Shown here one piece after another: positions 9,983 to 20,071 of a stretch of 64,000 bases of DNA (its first letter is position 1; the number at the start of each line of letters is the position of its first letter). Source of the stretch: Clostridia bacterium (GTDB taxonomy: Bacteria; Bacillota; Clostridia; UBA1212; DUPL01); contig JBMNIW010000012.1 of NCBI GenBank assembly GCA_050951325.1, positions 735,039-799,038 on the forward strand, read 5' to 3'. The notes beneath the pieces were generated by a model. That model was not told the origin of the DNA and ran no database searches. It worked only from the letters and a program-made list of their open reading frames with translations. A program made the translations under genes and the position numbers.

Positions 9983-12499
9983 TTGAAAGTTCGAAAGGTT
10001 TTGATATTGATTATGTGTATATTGTCATTTGCCTGCGGCATGCTTATGGCAGGAGCTGATTCATCCGAGAGTAAATGGATAAAATTGAGTTCACCATATA
10101 TAGTGAAAGAAAACGAGGGGGATATTGACTATTTGTATGTGGTGGGAGGTTATCATTCCATTGACAGTGGAACAGAAATCTGGGGTACTGCCAATTACAG
10201 CGATATAAGACTCATTGGAGACAAAATGGGGGAAATCGTAATAACTTATGAAAACGGCACGGTGGACAGGGTTCCACTCGTGTTTGGATATACTCTTTGG
10301 TATTACAACAACTGGAAAACCTTCAAGGCACCTTTTGACGGACCTGAGAAGGATGAAAAAATGGCAAATCTGCTCAAAGAGGCATTACATCTTTATGGAG
10401 CTGTTGAAGGTAATGAAAAGTGCGTTCTAAAAATAAAGTTAAGGGATGAAAAGGTTGCAAGGATTGAGATAGAAGATAACAAGGAAAAGAACGGCAAACC
10501 CGAAATTGCAGGAGCGTATATAGTGTCGGGAGATGTTGGGCAGCTAACAGGAGGCAGTGTTAATGTAGATACAAAGGTTGATTTTTTTGAGAAGTATGTG
10601 ATTGACTCGCAGAATCCATATCCAGACAATGTAAAAAATGCCATCGAGGAAATAAGGAAGGGTTTGTATACATTTGATGAGGATTATGCAAAAGAACCAA
10701 TACCATATGAATATGAGAAAAACCACTCTGGAATAAAAGTGCGTTTTTACGGCAACAACCTTGCCAGAATAGCAAGCGGAGTATTTTATCACAACTTGAA
10801 GGACCTGTCTGAAAGAGTCGACGAGAATGGACTTTTGCATGAATCATACAAGGATTCACCACTGTACCATGACAGTTTCGGGACCTGGCAGCCGGGAGTT
10901 GCCCCCTATTACAACATGTTTTTCACCCGCAACAGGAGTTTCACTGTTCTTACAGCCTTTGGGTACAAAGACCTTGCCGACAGGGCTGTTGGTTATGCGA
11001 ATAAAAAGATGATGTTTTTCAGAGAAAACAAACTGACTATCGGAGGAGTTCAAATTCCCGGTCACTTTACAGTTACCATAAATGATCCCATGTACTATTC
11101 TGAAACACTGGTGCCAATAGGATGGCCAACTGTATACACAAAAAAGGCTTTTGGTGATGAATACAAGAATCTTGGCAATCAGGAAACTGATGGTCATGGA
11201 CTCATGATGATTGGCAACTACAATGTCTGGAAATCGTTAGGTAAACCCAGGGAATGGGTGGAGAATAACTGGGTTTACATAAATGAAGCCTGTGAATGGA
11301 TACTTTGGTGTTTTGATAATCCCAAACTGTCTTTTGCAAGAAAAGGACTTCTTTTTGCAGAGTCGGAAGGTGGTATGCAGGAGTACACTTTGTACTGCAA
11401 TGTACCATGCTATCTTGGACTTCTCTGCTATGCTGAAATGGCTGATGCAATTGGAAAGCAGGATGCTGCCGCATTATGGAGAAAGACTGCGGAAACCATG
11501 AAAGAGGGTATTGAGTCATACATACTTAATACCAAGTATAACAAATGGTCTTTGCATTCCGGCAGGATTGGCTTCATGCACGACCCTGTATTATCCATGT
11601 TGGCAGATGTGTACGGATTTGACAAGGCAGACATTCCACAACAGGATTGGCTTGAGTATTCATTAAATACCTACCCTGATGACATAAAGTCTGTTTCAAT
11701 ATACAATTACCATGGTGGAGTTGGAGGGCTGGGATACAATCACTGCATTATGACACAAAATGCCCTTCTTACAGACCATATGGCAGATGCTACAAAACTG
11801 GTTGAGAACCTCACAAAAATCTGCTATGCGCCAGGCAAAGACAAACCATATCTGGCACCTGAGAAGTTTACTTACGATTCCCAAAATGGCCTGTACTTGA
11901 AAAACGGAGACCTTGGCAACCTTTATCAGCTGGTGGAAGCGTTGAGGTGTTATCATACTGTAATGGGAGTTTCCGTTAATAATGATGGTGTGTTGAAAAT
12001 CTTCCCAAGACTGCCATATGAGTGGGGAGTTGAAATTGCTCAAATGCCGATCGAGCGTACTAATGCTCATCTTGCATTGAACATGACATATCCCAAAGAT
12101 GGCGTGCAATTGGCCGTTCTTCAGTTCTCTGAAGAGAATGTGGTTGAAAAGGCAAAAGCACGTTTTGGACCATTCCCTGCAGACACCACAGTCTGCAAGG
12201 TTCAAATCAACGGTCAGGAAGTTGATTGCGAACTCTTTGAGTCAGGAGACAGCAAATGGGCAATAGTGGAATTTAGCCCGTCTAAGAGAACAGACATTGC
12301 CGCATTATATTCTACAGATTCCAATTTGCCTCAAGGTCCTTTCAACTGGCCTGAATTTGAACTTGTAGATGGCTACAAAGCAAAAACAGACGAAAAGTCC
12401 GGAGTGTCGCTAAACACTTATCTTGCGATAGCCGTATTGGCCTTATCGGTTGTATTTCTTGGAGTGGTGGTGTATAAAAAGAAGAATGGTTTGATATAA
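9983..12499 (+). CDS. Secreted, C-terminally membrane-anchored putative (alpha/alpha)6 glycosidase of unassigned family (paralog 1)
   Basis: TTG start after GGAGAG, signal peptide, C-terminal TM plus KKK. Motifs GNQETDGHG, AESEGG, YLAPE, GDLGNL shared with the 16099-18620 paralog. Confidence 0.65.
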   Translation: MKVRKVLILIMCILSFACGMLMAGADSSESKWIKLSSPYIVKENEGDIDYLYVVGGYHSIDSGTEIWGTANYSDIRLIGDKMGEIVITYENGTVDRVPLVFGYTLWYYNNWKTFKAPFDGPEKDEKMANLLKEALHLYGAVEGNEKCVLKIKLRDEKVARIEIEDNKEKNGKPEIAGAYIVSGDVGQLTGGSVNVDTKVDFFEKYVIDSQNPYPDNVKNAIEEIRKGLYTFDEDYAKEPIPYEYEKNHSGIKVRFYGNNLARIASGVFYHNLKDLSERVDENGLLHESYKDSPLYHDSFGTWQPGVAPYYNMFFTRNRSFTVLTAFGYKDLADRAVGYANKKMMFFRENKLTIGGVQIPGHFTVTINDPMYYSETLVPIGWPTVYTKKAFGDEYKNLGNQETDGHGLMMIGNYNVWKSLGKPREWVENNWVYINEACEWILWCFDNPKLSFARKGLLFAESEGGMQEYTLYCNVPCYLGLLCYAEMADAIGKQDAAALWRKTAETMKEGIESYILNTKYNKWSLHSGRIGFMHDPVLSMLADVYGFDKADIPQQDWLEYSLNTYPDDIKSVSIYNYHGGVGGLGYNHCIMTQNALLTDHMADATKLVENLTKICYAPGKDKPYLAPEKFTYDSQNGLYLKNGDLGNLYQLVEALRCYHTVMGVSVNNDGVLKIFPRLPYEWGVEIAQMPIERTNAHLALNMTYPKDGVQLAVLQFSEENVVEKAKARFGPFPADTTVCKVQINGQEVDCELFESGDSKWAIVEFSPSKRTDIAALYSTDSNLPQGPFNWPEFELVDGYKAKTDEKSGVSLNTYLAIAVLALSVVFLGVVVYKKKNGLI

Positions 12500-12501
12500 G
12501 T

Positions 12502-13491
12502 TGCAAGTTAACCCTTACAGAGTTAGCGACAGATAATTCATATGAAAAAAGCTCGAAAATAGCCTGTAACAATCATGTTTCACGGCAAAGTGTAATGAAA
12601 AAGACTAGAGCAGCGAAGAATTATGAGCTTGAGAAAGAACCTGAAAGAAGAGAAGTAAAAGAGATACATATTCAAGTTGATGAAGATCATGTTGCGATGC
12701 AAAACGGAAAGAGTTCAATTGTAAAACTGGCTGTTGTCCATGAGCCTAGAAAGCAAATTAAAAGCAAAGCCATTTTACCTAATAAGATGCATTTTGCTAG
12801 CCATAAAGATAAACCAGAAGATTTTTGGTGCAAAGTGTCAGAGGGCATTATTGAGCGATATGGCAACCGCGATGACTTGAAGGTATACATTCATGGCGAT
12901 GGTGCATCCTGGATAAAAACAGGACTAGAATGGATTCCTAATAGTGTCTTTATACTTGATCGGTTCCATGTACATAAATACATAAATAAACTTAACGACT
13001 TCAAATATATCAATCAAACATGGCAATATTTGCGTCGCGAAAACTACAATGATTTAAAAGTGTTTTTATACACGCTAGTTGCTAATGATGAGATAGATGA
13101 AAAGACAGGAAGCGAAATATATAGCTATTTAAGGAATAATAGAGAAGGGATTAAGAATTTATTGACTCTGCCACCTAATACTGTTAAATCATGTGCAGAA
13201 GGGTTAGTAAGCCATGTTTTGTCTGATAGGTTAAGTAGAAAACCGCTCGCATGGAGCGCAGAAGGATTAGAAACAATTACTCAGCTAAGGATGTATTTGC
13301 TTAACGGAGGAGCGCTCGAAGAAAAGCATTTTGTGCAGACAAACCCATCGGTAGAAAAGCATAAATCAAAGGTAATTGAGATGCGTAAGCGTCTAGCTCC
13401 GCCTACTTATTATATGAATTTTGATATAAATAAATATATACCGCGAAAAAAAGACAATAAGTTCCTTAAATCGCTTGCACATATTTCTTAG
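12502..13491 (+). mobile_element. ISLre2-family (UPF0236) transposase, 5'-truncated
   Basis: Motifs QVDEDHV, HGDGASWIK, LDRFHV, YLRNN, CAEGLVSHVLSDRL..WS. In-frame homology (SYEKSS..VSRQSV) extends upstream of ATG 12595 to about 12502, so the N-terminus is missing. Confidence 0.85.
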
Positions 13492-13741
13492 TTGTCTTTA
13501 ATGGAAATTTAAAACGTCCGAGTAAAGGCGAAAATGCTTATATTCAACGTCTGATTGCATTAAATAGATATCAAAATTTTGTTTGTCTTTATAGCCACTT
13601 CTATATGTGGTTATTTTGGGCTACCAAAATAACAATTGGCTTTTTACAGCTCAGTACTTAAACTCGCTAAATTCCCTCTTTGTATCAATTTTTAGCAGAT
13701 GCTCCGAGATTGAATCTCTTAGGCATAGGATGAGGGCGGGG

Positions 13742-13884
13742 TCTGATATGCTAAAATGTTAATTAAAGGGCTCTTGTGGTTTTATCCTTGTATCAATCTT
13801 CCCTTCAGCCCGTCGATGCTCTCGTTTAGCATATCAGAAGAGCCAAGTCAAGAGAAGAAACGAAGTGGCTCTTGACTTGGCTCT
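13742..13884. repeat. Two adjacent perfect inverted repeats in the non-coding region 3' of the transposase
   Basis: TCTGATATGCTAAA (13742-13755) pairs with TTTAGCATATCAGA (13825-13838). AGAGCCAAGTCAAGAG (13839-13854) pairs with CTCTTGACTTGGCTCT (13869-13884). Confidence 0.9.
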
Positions 13885-14102
13885 ACCAACCGGACTTGAA
13901 GTAATGCAATGAATATGCTCTTGCAGGTTAATTTACATCGTGATATACTGTAAGCATCACAAAGTATTAAGCATATTTAAAGGGTCAAAAAAGCAGCTAA
14001 TACTATATCCTTTAAAGATTCAAGTTATATGTTTACGACTTCCAAAATATATGATATATTTAGAGAGCTGATTACGAAAGAATTTAATATTGAACAGGAG
14101 GT

Positions 14103-14933
14103 ATGAACATGAAACTGAGAACTCTTATTGTCTTTACAGTTGTTGCCATAATGTGTCTTTCAATGATAATGGCATCAGCGCAAACAAAAGGTTATGTAAC
14201 CGAGGGTCTTGTTGGTTTCTTTGATGGAAGCAACAATCTGGGAAACAAGCATGACAAGGAAAGTACAACATGGAAGGACTTGAGCGGATCCGGAAATGAC
14301 ATAACTGTAATATTGAATGAAAAATGCAAGTGGAACGACAATGGGTATTTCAATGATAGTACCAAGGTTTATCTGCCTCAATCCCTGACAGATTTAATTA
14401 ACAGCAACGAGTTTACAGTGGAGATTGTATTGAACAATTTTACAGCCAAAGGTTATGAATTTAATACAATTATGAACTGCGACAATGACAATTTCTCGTT
14501 GTTCCGCAGAGTTGCAAACAATGTCATGGAGTTCAAGAACAACACAAATGCAAGACCAGTATCTCTAGGCGGAACAGGACTTGACTATCTTGCCTCGAGA
14601 GTAACATTGACAATCACATACAAGGTGGGCGGCAAGTCAACCATGTACATCAATGGTGAGTTGATAGATTCCAAGAATGCAGTAAATGCAATTGGCGCCA
14701 ATAAAATGTTTTTTGGACATGACAATTCCACAAGAAATTTCAGTGCTGATTATGAGTACATAAGATTCTACAACAGGGAATTGTCAGCTGAAGAGGTTTC
14801 AAAGAATTATAGCGAAGACTTGAAGGCTGCAAATCCTACCACTGGTGTTGCTGCATCATTCTTCTACATGGCAATAACGTTTGGCCTTGCTGGCGCTGCA
14901 TACAAGGGTATGAAGAAGAGAGCAAGGATATGA
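14103..14933 (+). CDS. Surface LamG/concanavalin-A-like jelly-roll protein with NPTTG sorting signal
   Basis: RBS AGGAGG, signal peptide. YVTEGLV..FDG, TWKDLSGSGND, FTVE, MYINGE, IRFYNRELSAEEV. Ends ANPTTG, TM, KKR. Confidence 0.8.
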   Translation: MNMKLRTLIVFTVVAIMCLSMIMASAQTKGYVTEGLVGFFDGSNNLGNKHDKESTTWKDLSGSGNDITVILNEKCKWNDNGYFNDSTKVYLPQSLTDLINSNEFTVEIVLNNFTAKGYEFNTIMNCDNDNFSLFRRVANNVMEFKNNTNARPVSLGGTGLDYLASRVTLTITYKVGGKSTMYINGELIDSKNAVNAIGANKMFFGHDNSTRNFSADYEYIRFYNRELSAEEVSKNYSEDLKAANPTTGVAASFFYMAITFGLAGAAYKGMKKRARI

Positions 14934-14960
14934 GAATATCAAAATCTTTATAGCTCGAAA

Positions 14961-14990
14961 GGGAGTCTGCAAAACGCAGGCTCTTTTTTT
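14961..14990 (+). terminator. Rho-independent terminator
   Basis: GAGTCTGC-AAAAC-GCAGGCTC followed by T7. Confidence 0.75.
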
Positions 14991-15083
14991 GTACCTCTTT
15001 TTTATACATTTTTAAGTCTGATATGGTAATCCGTTGACAGTATATCTTAGGTAGAATATATACGAATAGTAAATGTACTATTT

Positions 15084-15512
15084 ATGAAAGTTGCAAAAGA
15101 CAAGTATAATATATATTTCTATGTTAAAACAGTAAAGGATATTACTCCGCCCACTGACGGTAGTTGGATGATCTTGTTCATATCAACAGGTGAAACACCC
15201 TCCTGGTATTCTTACAATTATGTTGTAAACAGAGTGTCTCCGGTTGATTCCGAGGCTGTAATTGAGAAGGTTACAGACATCTGGAACTTTGAAAAAATAG
15301 GACGTGCAAAGCTGAAAGTGGAAGGCAACCAGATGATGCTTGCGATTCCTCGCAATTTGATAGGTTTTCCTGTAGATAAGTACAGTGGTCTTATCAATTT
15401 ACAGTTCAAGTGGGCGGATAATTATCAACCAGGCGATATTCGGAGTTTCTACACCATGGATGATGCTGCGCCTTTGGGCAGGCTAAACTTTATCTTTAGT
15501 AATATCGCTTGA
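15084..15512 (+). pseudogene. Isolated C-terminal domain of the GH99-like family (gene remnant)
   Basis: KVAKD..IYFYVKT, YVVNR, FKWADN..SFYT..D.AP.GR match only the last ~140 aa of 35761-38175 and 58219-60033. No RBS or signal peptide. Confidence 0.65.
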
Positions 15513-15897
15513 TATCTTGCAGGGGTGACCGCCGCAAAGCGTCCTCCTATATGGTTGCATGTGCAGATGTTCAGTGCATAACGAAAATTATGTTGTAAAC
15601 AGAGTGTCTCCGGTTGATTCCGAGGCTGTAATTGAGAAGGTTACAGACATCTGGAACTTTGAAAAAATAGGACGTGCAAAGCTGAAAGTGGAAGGCAACC
15701 AGATGATGCTTGCGATTCCTCGCAATTTGATAGGTTTTCCTGTAGATAAGTACAGTGGTCTTATCAATTTACAGTTCAAGTGGGCGGATAATTATCAACC
15801 AGGCGATATTCGGAGTTTCTACACCATGGATGATGCTGCGCCTTTGGCAGGCTAAACTTTATCTTTAGTAATATCGCTTGATATCTTGCAGGGGTGA
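15216..15897 (+). repeat. Direct duplication of ~313 bp (15216-15528 and 15586-15897) with 57-bp spacer
   Basis: The copies appear identical except for one missing G in copy 2 (CCTTTGGGCA vs CCTTTGGCA). Confidence 0.9.
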
Positions 15898-15944
15898 ACC
15901 ATTTACACGGCATAGTTCCATCCTTTACATAGATATCACAAATT

Positions 15945-15977
15945 AGCAAAGGGCCACAGATATTGCGGCTCTTTGCT
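15945..15977. terminator. Hairpin, probable terminator
   Basis: AGCAAAGGGCCACA-GATAT-TGCGGCTCTTTGCT followed by GTTT. Confidence 0.6.
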
Positions 15978-16098
15978 GTTTGGATACATGTCTATTTTAT
16001 ATTTCTTTCAGTCTGTTTTCTACAACATGATTGCCTTTTTGTTAATATATACTTATCATGAGCGTAGAATTTATAGAGCTGATAAAGGATGAAGGATA

Positions 16099-18620
16099 AT
16101 GAAAAGAAAACTATCTACTGTTACTATCAAATTTGTGGGTGTGGGTGATTATGATATCAATGGGAACAAACGGAAGTCAATTAAGCGCAAGCAGGAACGG
16201 AGAAACCTCCTGGGTCAAGATTCCTTATACTCGCAAAGGAAGAAGTTGATTGGCGACTATTTGTACCTTGTGGGCGGTTACCACTCCATAGACAGCGGAT
16301 GCCCGCCATGGGGAACGGCCAATTATGCCTGATATGAGGTTCATAGGGGATGAAATGGGAACCCTCCAGCATTGAGTACACAGATGGCGATGCAGTGAAG
16401 AGGTACCCTCTGGTGTTTGGCTACACCATGTGGTTCAGGCAGCACTTTGCAGAAGGTGGAGCTCCTTTCAAAACCGACGAGGCTGTAGACGGGATGAAGC
16501 AGCTTTTGGATAAAACCCTTCATCTTTATGGTGGATTTGAAGCTGCGGAAAAGTGTGTTGTAAAGATTAAAATCCAAGACAAGCCAATTAAGTCAATTAA
16601 AATTGTAGACAACAGAGGGAAGGCGGGAAATCCTGTATTTGACGGTGCTTATATTGTAAGAGGGGATTTCAAAGGCACCCTTAGTGGAGGAGCATTCTCT
16701 TTTGAGGCAGGAGATGCATTCTTTGACAAACATGTGGTTGATTCCAAGAATCCTTATCCGAATGAAATCAAAGAAGCATTGGATGAGATAAACAAATTTC
16801 TTTTAACTTATGAGTATGAATACGAGAACCCTCCTGTATACAAGTATCCTTCATCATATAAAGGTGTTAAATTCAGATTTACAGGCAACAATCTAGCTGA
16901 TATAGCTACGGGAGTGGTTGCTGAAAATCTATTCAGCCTTATGGGTCGTGTGGATGATGATGGAATGATGCACACTTCATACAAGGATGCACCATCCTGG
17001 AGGTATGACGGTTTTGGAACCTGGGTACCAAATGCAAATTCATACTACAGTGATTTTTACTCACGAGATGGCGGAAGGGCAATAATGACTTTAAACTCAT
17101 ATGGGTATCCAGGCCTTGGAGAAAAAAGTGTCATATTTGCCAATAAAGAAATGATGTACTTCAGAGAAAAAGGATTGACCTTAAATGGAGTGCAGATTCC
17201 AGGCCATTATACGGTTATTGTGAACAAGCCGCTTGTATACTCGACATTCCTGACCGAAGTGGCAGGCTGGTTTACCAGATATACAAAACAGGCATTTGGC
17301 GATGAGTATCAGAACATGGGAAATCAGGAGACTGACGGTCACGGACTTATGATGATTGCCAACTATAACATATGGAGAAATCTTGGCATGGATAAGAAAT
17401 GGGTGGAGGATAACTGGAGAGAACTCAAGGAAGCGGCAGACTTTATTCTTTGGTGCTTTGAACATCCAAGGCTTTCCTTTGCAGCAAACGGACTTCTCTA
17501 TGCAGAGTCTGAAGGTGGTATGAACGCATACACCCTTTACTGCAACGTTCCTTGCTACCTGGGTCTCATCAGCTATGCTGAAATGGCAAGAGCAGCAGGT
17601 AATGTAGAGGACGCAGAAAAATGGGAAGAATGCGCAGAGACTATTCGAAAAGCTATTAGTGAAAGACTGGCAAAAGGAAACAGATGGAGTCAGGATATAT
17701 TTGGATTTTTCCATGACCCAGTGATTACAATGATGTCTGACATATTTGGCTACGACTTGAATGACATGCCTGAAGACTGGGTGGAGAATTCGAGAAACGC
17801 CTATGAGTTGGATGTTAGGAGGATTAGAAACCAGGGTCACTTCGGACCTTCTGGAATAGGATACGATCACTCAATGATAACACAGAACGCATTGCTTCTT
17901 GACATGATGGATGATGCAAACAAACTGGTAAGCAATCTGACCAAACTGAGCTATGCGCCTGGATTGCCTGAGCCTTACCTGGTACCTGAAGGAATCACTG
18001 TTGATGTGGAAAAAGGCATCATCAGACGTCAGGGAGACCTCGGAAACCTTGTACAGCTTGCAGAGGCATTGAAGTGTTACCACATTGTTTCTGGAGTGTC
18101 ACCTGTAAACAACGGCAAACTGAAGATAATGCCAAGACTTCCAGATGAATGGAATGTGGAAATTACGGACTTCGATCTTCAGAATGCAGATGGCACACTG
18201 GGTATGTACATAACATCACCAAAGAACGGAACACAAACTGCTCAGATTAAGCTGCAGAAAGTGGATCTGGAAAGTGTAGCTCTCAGACTTGGGCCATTTC
18301 CCGCAGATACAAAGAATGTAATGGCAAGACTTAATGGGCAGGATGTTGAATGCAGGATTGTGGAATCTGGAGACAGGAAATGGGCGTGGGTAGAGGTGCC
18401 ATCAGATTCCATCGAGGATGTTGAAGTTGCTGTAATTTACTCTTCAACAGACGACATGCCTGAATGGCCTGAAATGCCAAGTTGGGAGCTTCCAAAGAAG
18501 AATGAATCAAGCCCGTCTGGCGCAAGCATCAACCAAATATTAATTGGTGTTGTCTCCATACTGGCTTTGGTATTTGCTGGTGTATTGATATTTGATAAGA
18601 GGAGAAGAAAGTCAGAATAA
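16099..18620 (+). CDS. Putative (alpha/alpha)6 glycosidase, paralog 2; N-terminus broken by several single-base insertions
   Basis: RBS AAGGA and ATG 16099. DYLYLVGGYHSIDSG..WGTANY and (other frame) DMRFIGDEMG align with paralog 1. Main ORF 16350-18620 shares all core motifs. Ends in TM plus KRRRK. Confidence 0.65.
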
Positions 18621-18633
18621 GGGGGGAACAGTC

Positions 18634-19755
18634 ATGCGCAAACTGTTATTAATGACTTTGGCTTTAATTATTTGCTTTTCGCTTTCTGTAGGAGCAAAAA
18701 CAGTAATTTTTGAAGATGATTTTGACGAAGGACAGCTTGGAGATTTTCCGCTATACTTCAACATATTTGCAAGTAGTGCTGAAAACTTTGAAGATGAAGG
18801 AGATAACGGATACTTCGTTGGTAAATGGATTACTGGTGCATATGCAATATACAATGATGAAATTGAAGATTACACCATAACTGTGGATTTCAAGATGCCC
18901 CATGGAATAAATCCAGCAGTAAACTACAAAAGAGCAGCTATAATGTTGAGGTCGTCTTATGAGAGTAATGACAAATCGCTGGAACCTGACAATGGCGATC
19001 CGGATAATTCATCATACCTTGGCGCTTCTGGCATATACTTCTACTGCTACGGCACAACACTGGAAGTAGGGGTACACACGAAGAAGAATGGTGGAACTAC
19101 TGGTCCTGTAAATGGAACTTCGGAACATGCGGTAAAGAAAGAAGTTCCTGATAGCACTAAGAGGCTTCTTGGATCGTACACTGTTAGCTATTTGATTGAT
19201 CTTCCTGAGGGAAAGACTTTTGATGATTTTCTTACTGTAAAGGTAGTGGATGAGAAAGAGAAGATTTCCTTCTATGCGGAAGATGAACTCATTTGCTTCC
19301 TTGAGTTGTCAGATATTGGAGATGTGACCACGGTTATTGGTGAAGGATACTTCAAGGAACATGAGGAGGGTATGCCGGTTTTTGACGAACCTTCCTACCA
19401 GACAGTGGTGCTGAAGGATGCGGAAGGAAACGAACTTATTAAAGTTGAAGAGGCTGTTGTTTCTACCGTAGGGTACCTGGGATTTGCCAGCAGGGGATGC
19501 GGTTACATGATTGACAATCTGAAAATTGAGCTTAACAAGGATGTAACACCTGAACCTACAAAAGAGCCAACACCTACTCCTGACAAAACTCCGGCTGAAA
19601 CTGAAAAATCTTCCACAACGTCTACGCCGTCTAAAAAGGATGAAGGCGAGACGAAAGATGGCCTTCAAGCGGATGCTCTTACATACGTGTTAATAGCGCT
19701 GGCTGTAGTTATTTTGGGCGGAATAGTGTTTGTGCTGTTTAGGAAAAAGAAATAG
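18634..19755 (+). CDS. Non-catalytic-looking surface jelly-roll protein (family A) with PT linker and C-terminal TM
   Basis: Signal peptide. IFEDDF, SGIYF, KDAEGNEL, GFASR..IDNL. Linker TPEPTKEPTPTP, then TM plus RKKK. Confidence 0.7.
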   Translation: MRKLLLMTLALIICFSLSVGAKTVIFEDDFDEGQLGDFPLYFNIFASSAENFEDEGDNGYFVGKWITGAYAIYNDEIEDYTITVDFKMPHGINPAVNYKRAAIMLRSSYESNDKSLEPDNGDPDNSSYLGASGIYFYCYGTTLEVGVHTKKNGGTTGPVNGTSEHAVKKEVPDSTKRLLGSYTVSYLIDLPEGKTFDDFLTVKVVDEKEKISFYAEDELICFLELSDIGDVTTVIGEGYFKEHEEGMPVFDEPSYQTVVLKDAEGNELIKVEEAVVSTVGYLGFASRGCGYMIDNLKIELNKDVTPEPTKEPTPTPDKTPAETEKSSTTSTPSKKDEGETKDGLQADALTYVLIALAVVILGGIVFVLFRKKK

Positions 19756-19763
19756 GTAATATA

Positions 19764-19799
19764 AGGGCTGCCGTTTATTGCGTCAGCCCTAAATTTTTT
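19764..19799 (+). terminator. Rho-independent terminator
   Basis: AGGGCTG..CAGCCCT stem then T-run. Confidence 0.6.
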
Positions 19800-19817
19800 A
19801 TTTACAAGTAAAGAATT

Positions 19818-19846
19818 AGCCCCCAACATGTAAGTTAGGGGCTTTT
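19818..19846 (-). terminator. Hairpin terminating the minus-strand unit
   Basis: AGCCCCCAAC-ATGTAA-GTTAGGGGCT directly after the small ORF stop. Confidence 0.55.
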
Positions 19847-19847
19847 G

Positions 19848-19994
19848 CTATCTTTTAATGCATTTGAGCTGCATTGTTATCAGTTGAAGTTTTGGTTTTC
19901 TAATGTTGAATATCCATCGTTTGGTTACAAGTCTTGTTCTTCTTCTTTTCTTTCCACATGCTATCCTAAAAACTTTTCTCCATCTTTTGCGCAC
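19848..19994 (-). CDS. Putative 48-aa highly basic small protein
   Basis: AAAGGAG 7 nt upstream of GTG at 19994. Encodes MRKRWRKVFRIACGKKRRRTRLVTKRWIFNIRKPKLQLITMQLKCIKR, followed by a hairpin. Confidence 0.4.
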   Translation of the reverse strand: MRKRWRKVFRIACGKKRRRTRLVTKRWIFNIRKPKLQLITMQLKCIKR

Positions 19995-20071
19995 TTGTAT
20001 GCTCCTTTCAATAGTTTGATCACTATTAATATATGGTAGAAAATCAGGCTGATTGATTAAAATAAATGTCT

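Noticed and set aside
12501-13931. TTGCAAGTTAA / TTGCAGGTTAA as target-site duplication of the IS
   Set aside because: There is one mismatch, the left copy lies at an internal truncation point of the transposase, and no adjoining terminal inverted repeats were found.
13660-14100. Riboswitch controlling the LamG gene
   Set aside because: No recognisable TPP/SAM/cobalamin/c-di-GMP/T-box consensus. Promoter-like boxes lie between the structure and the gene. Kept instead as an IS-linked structure.
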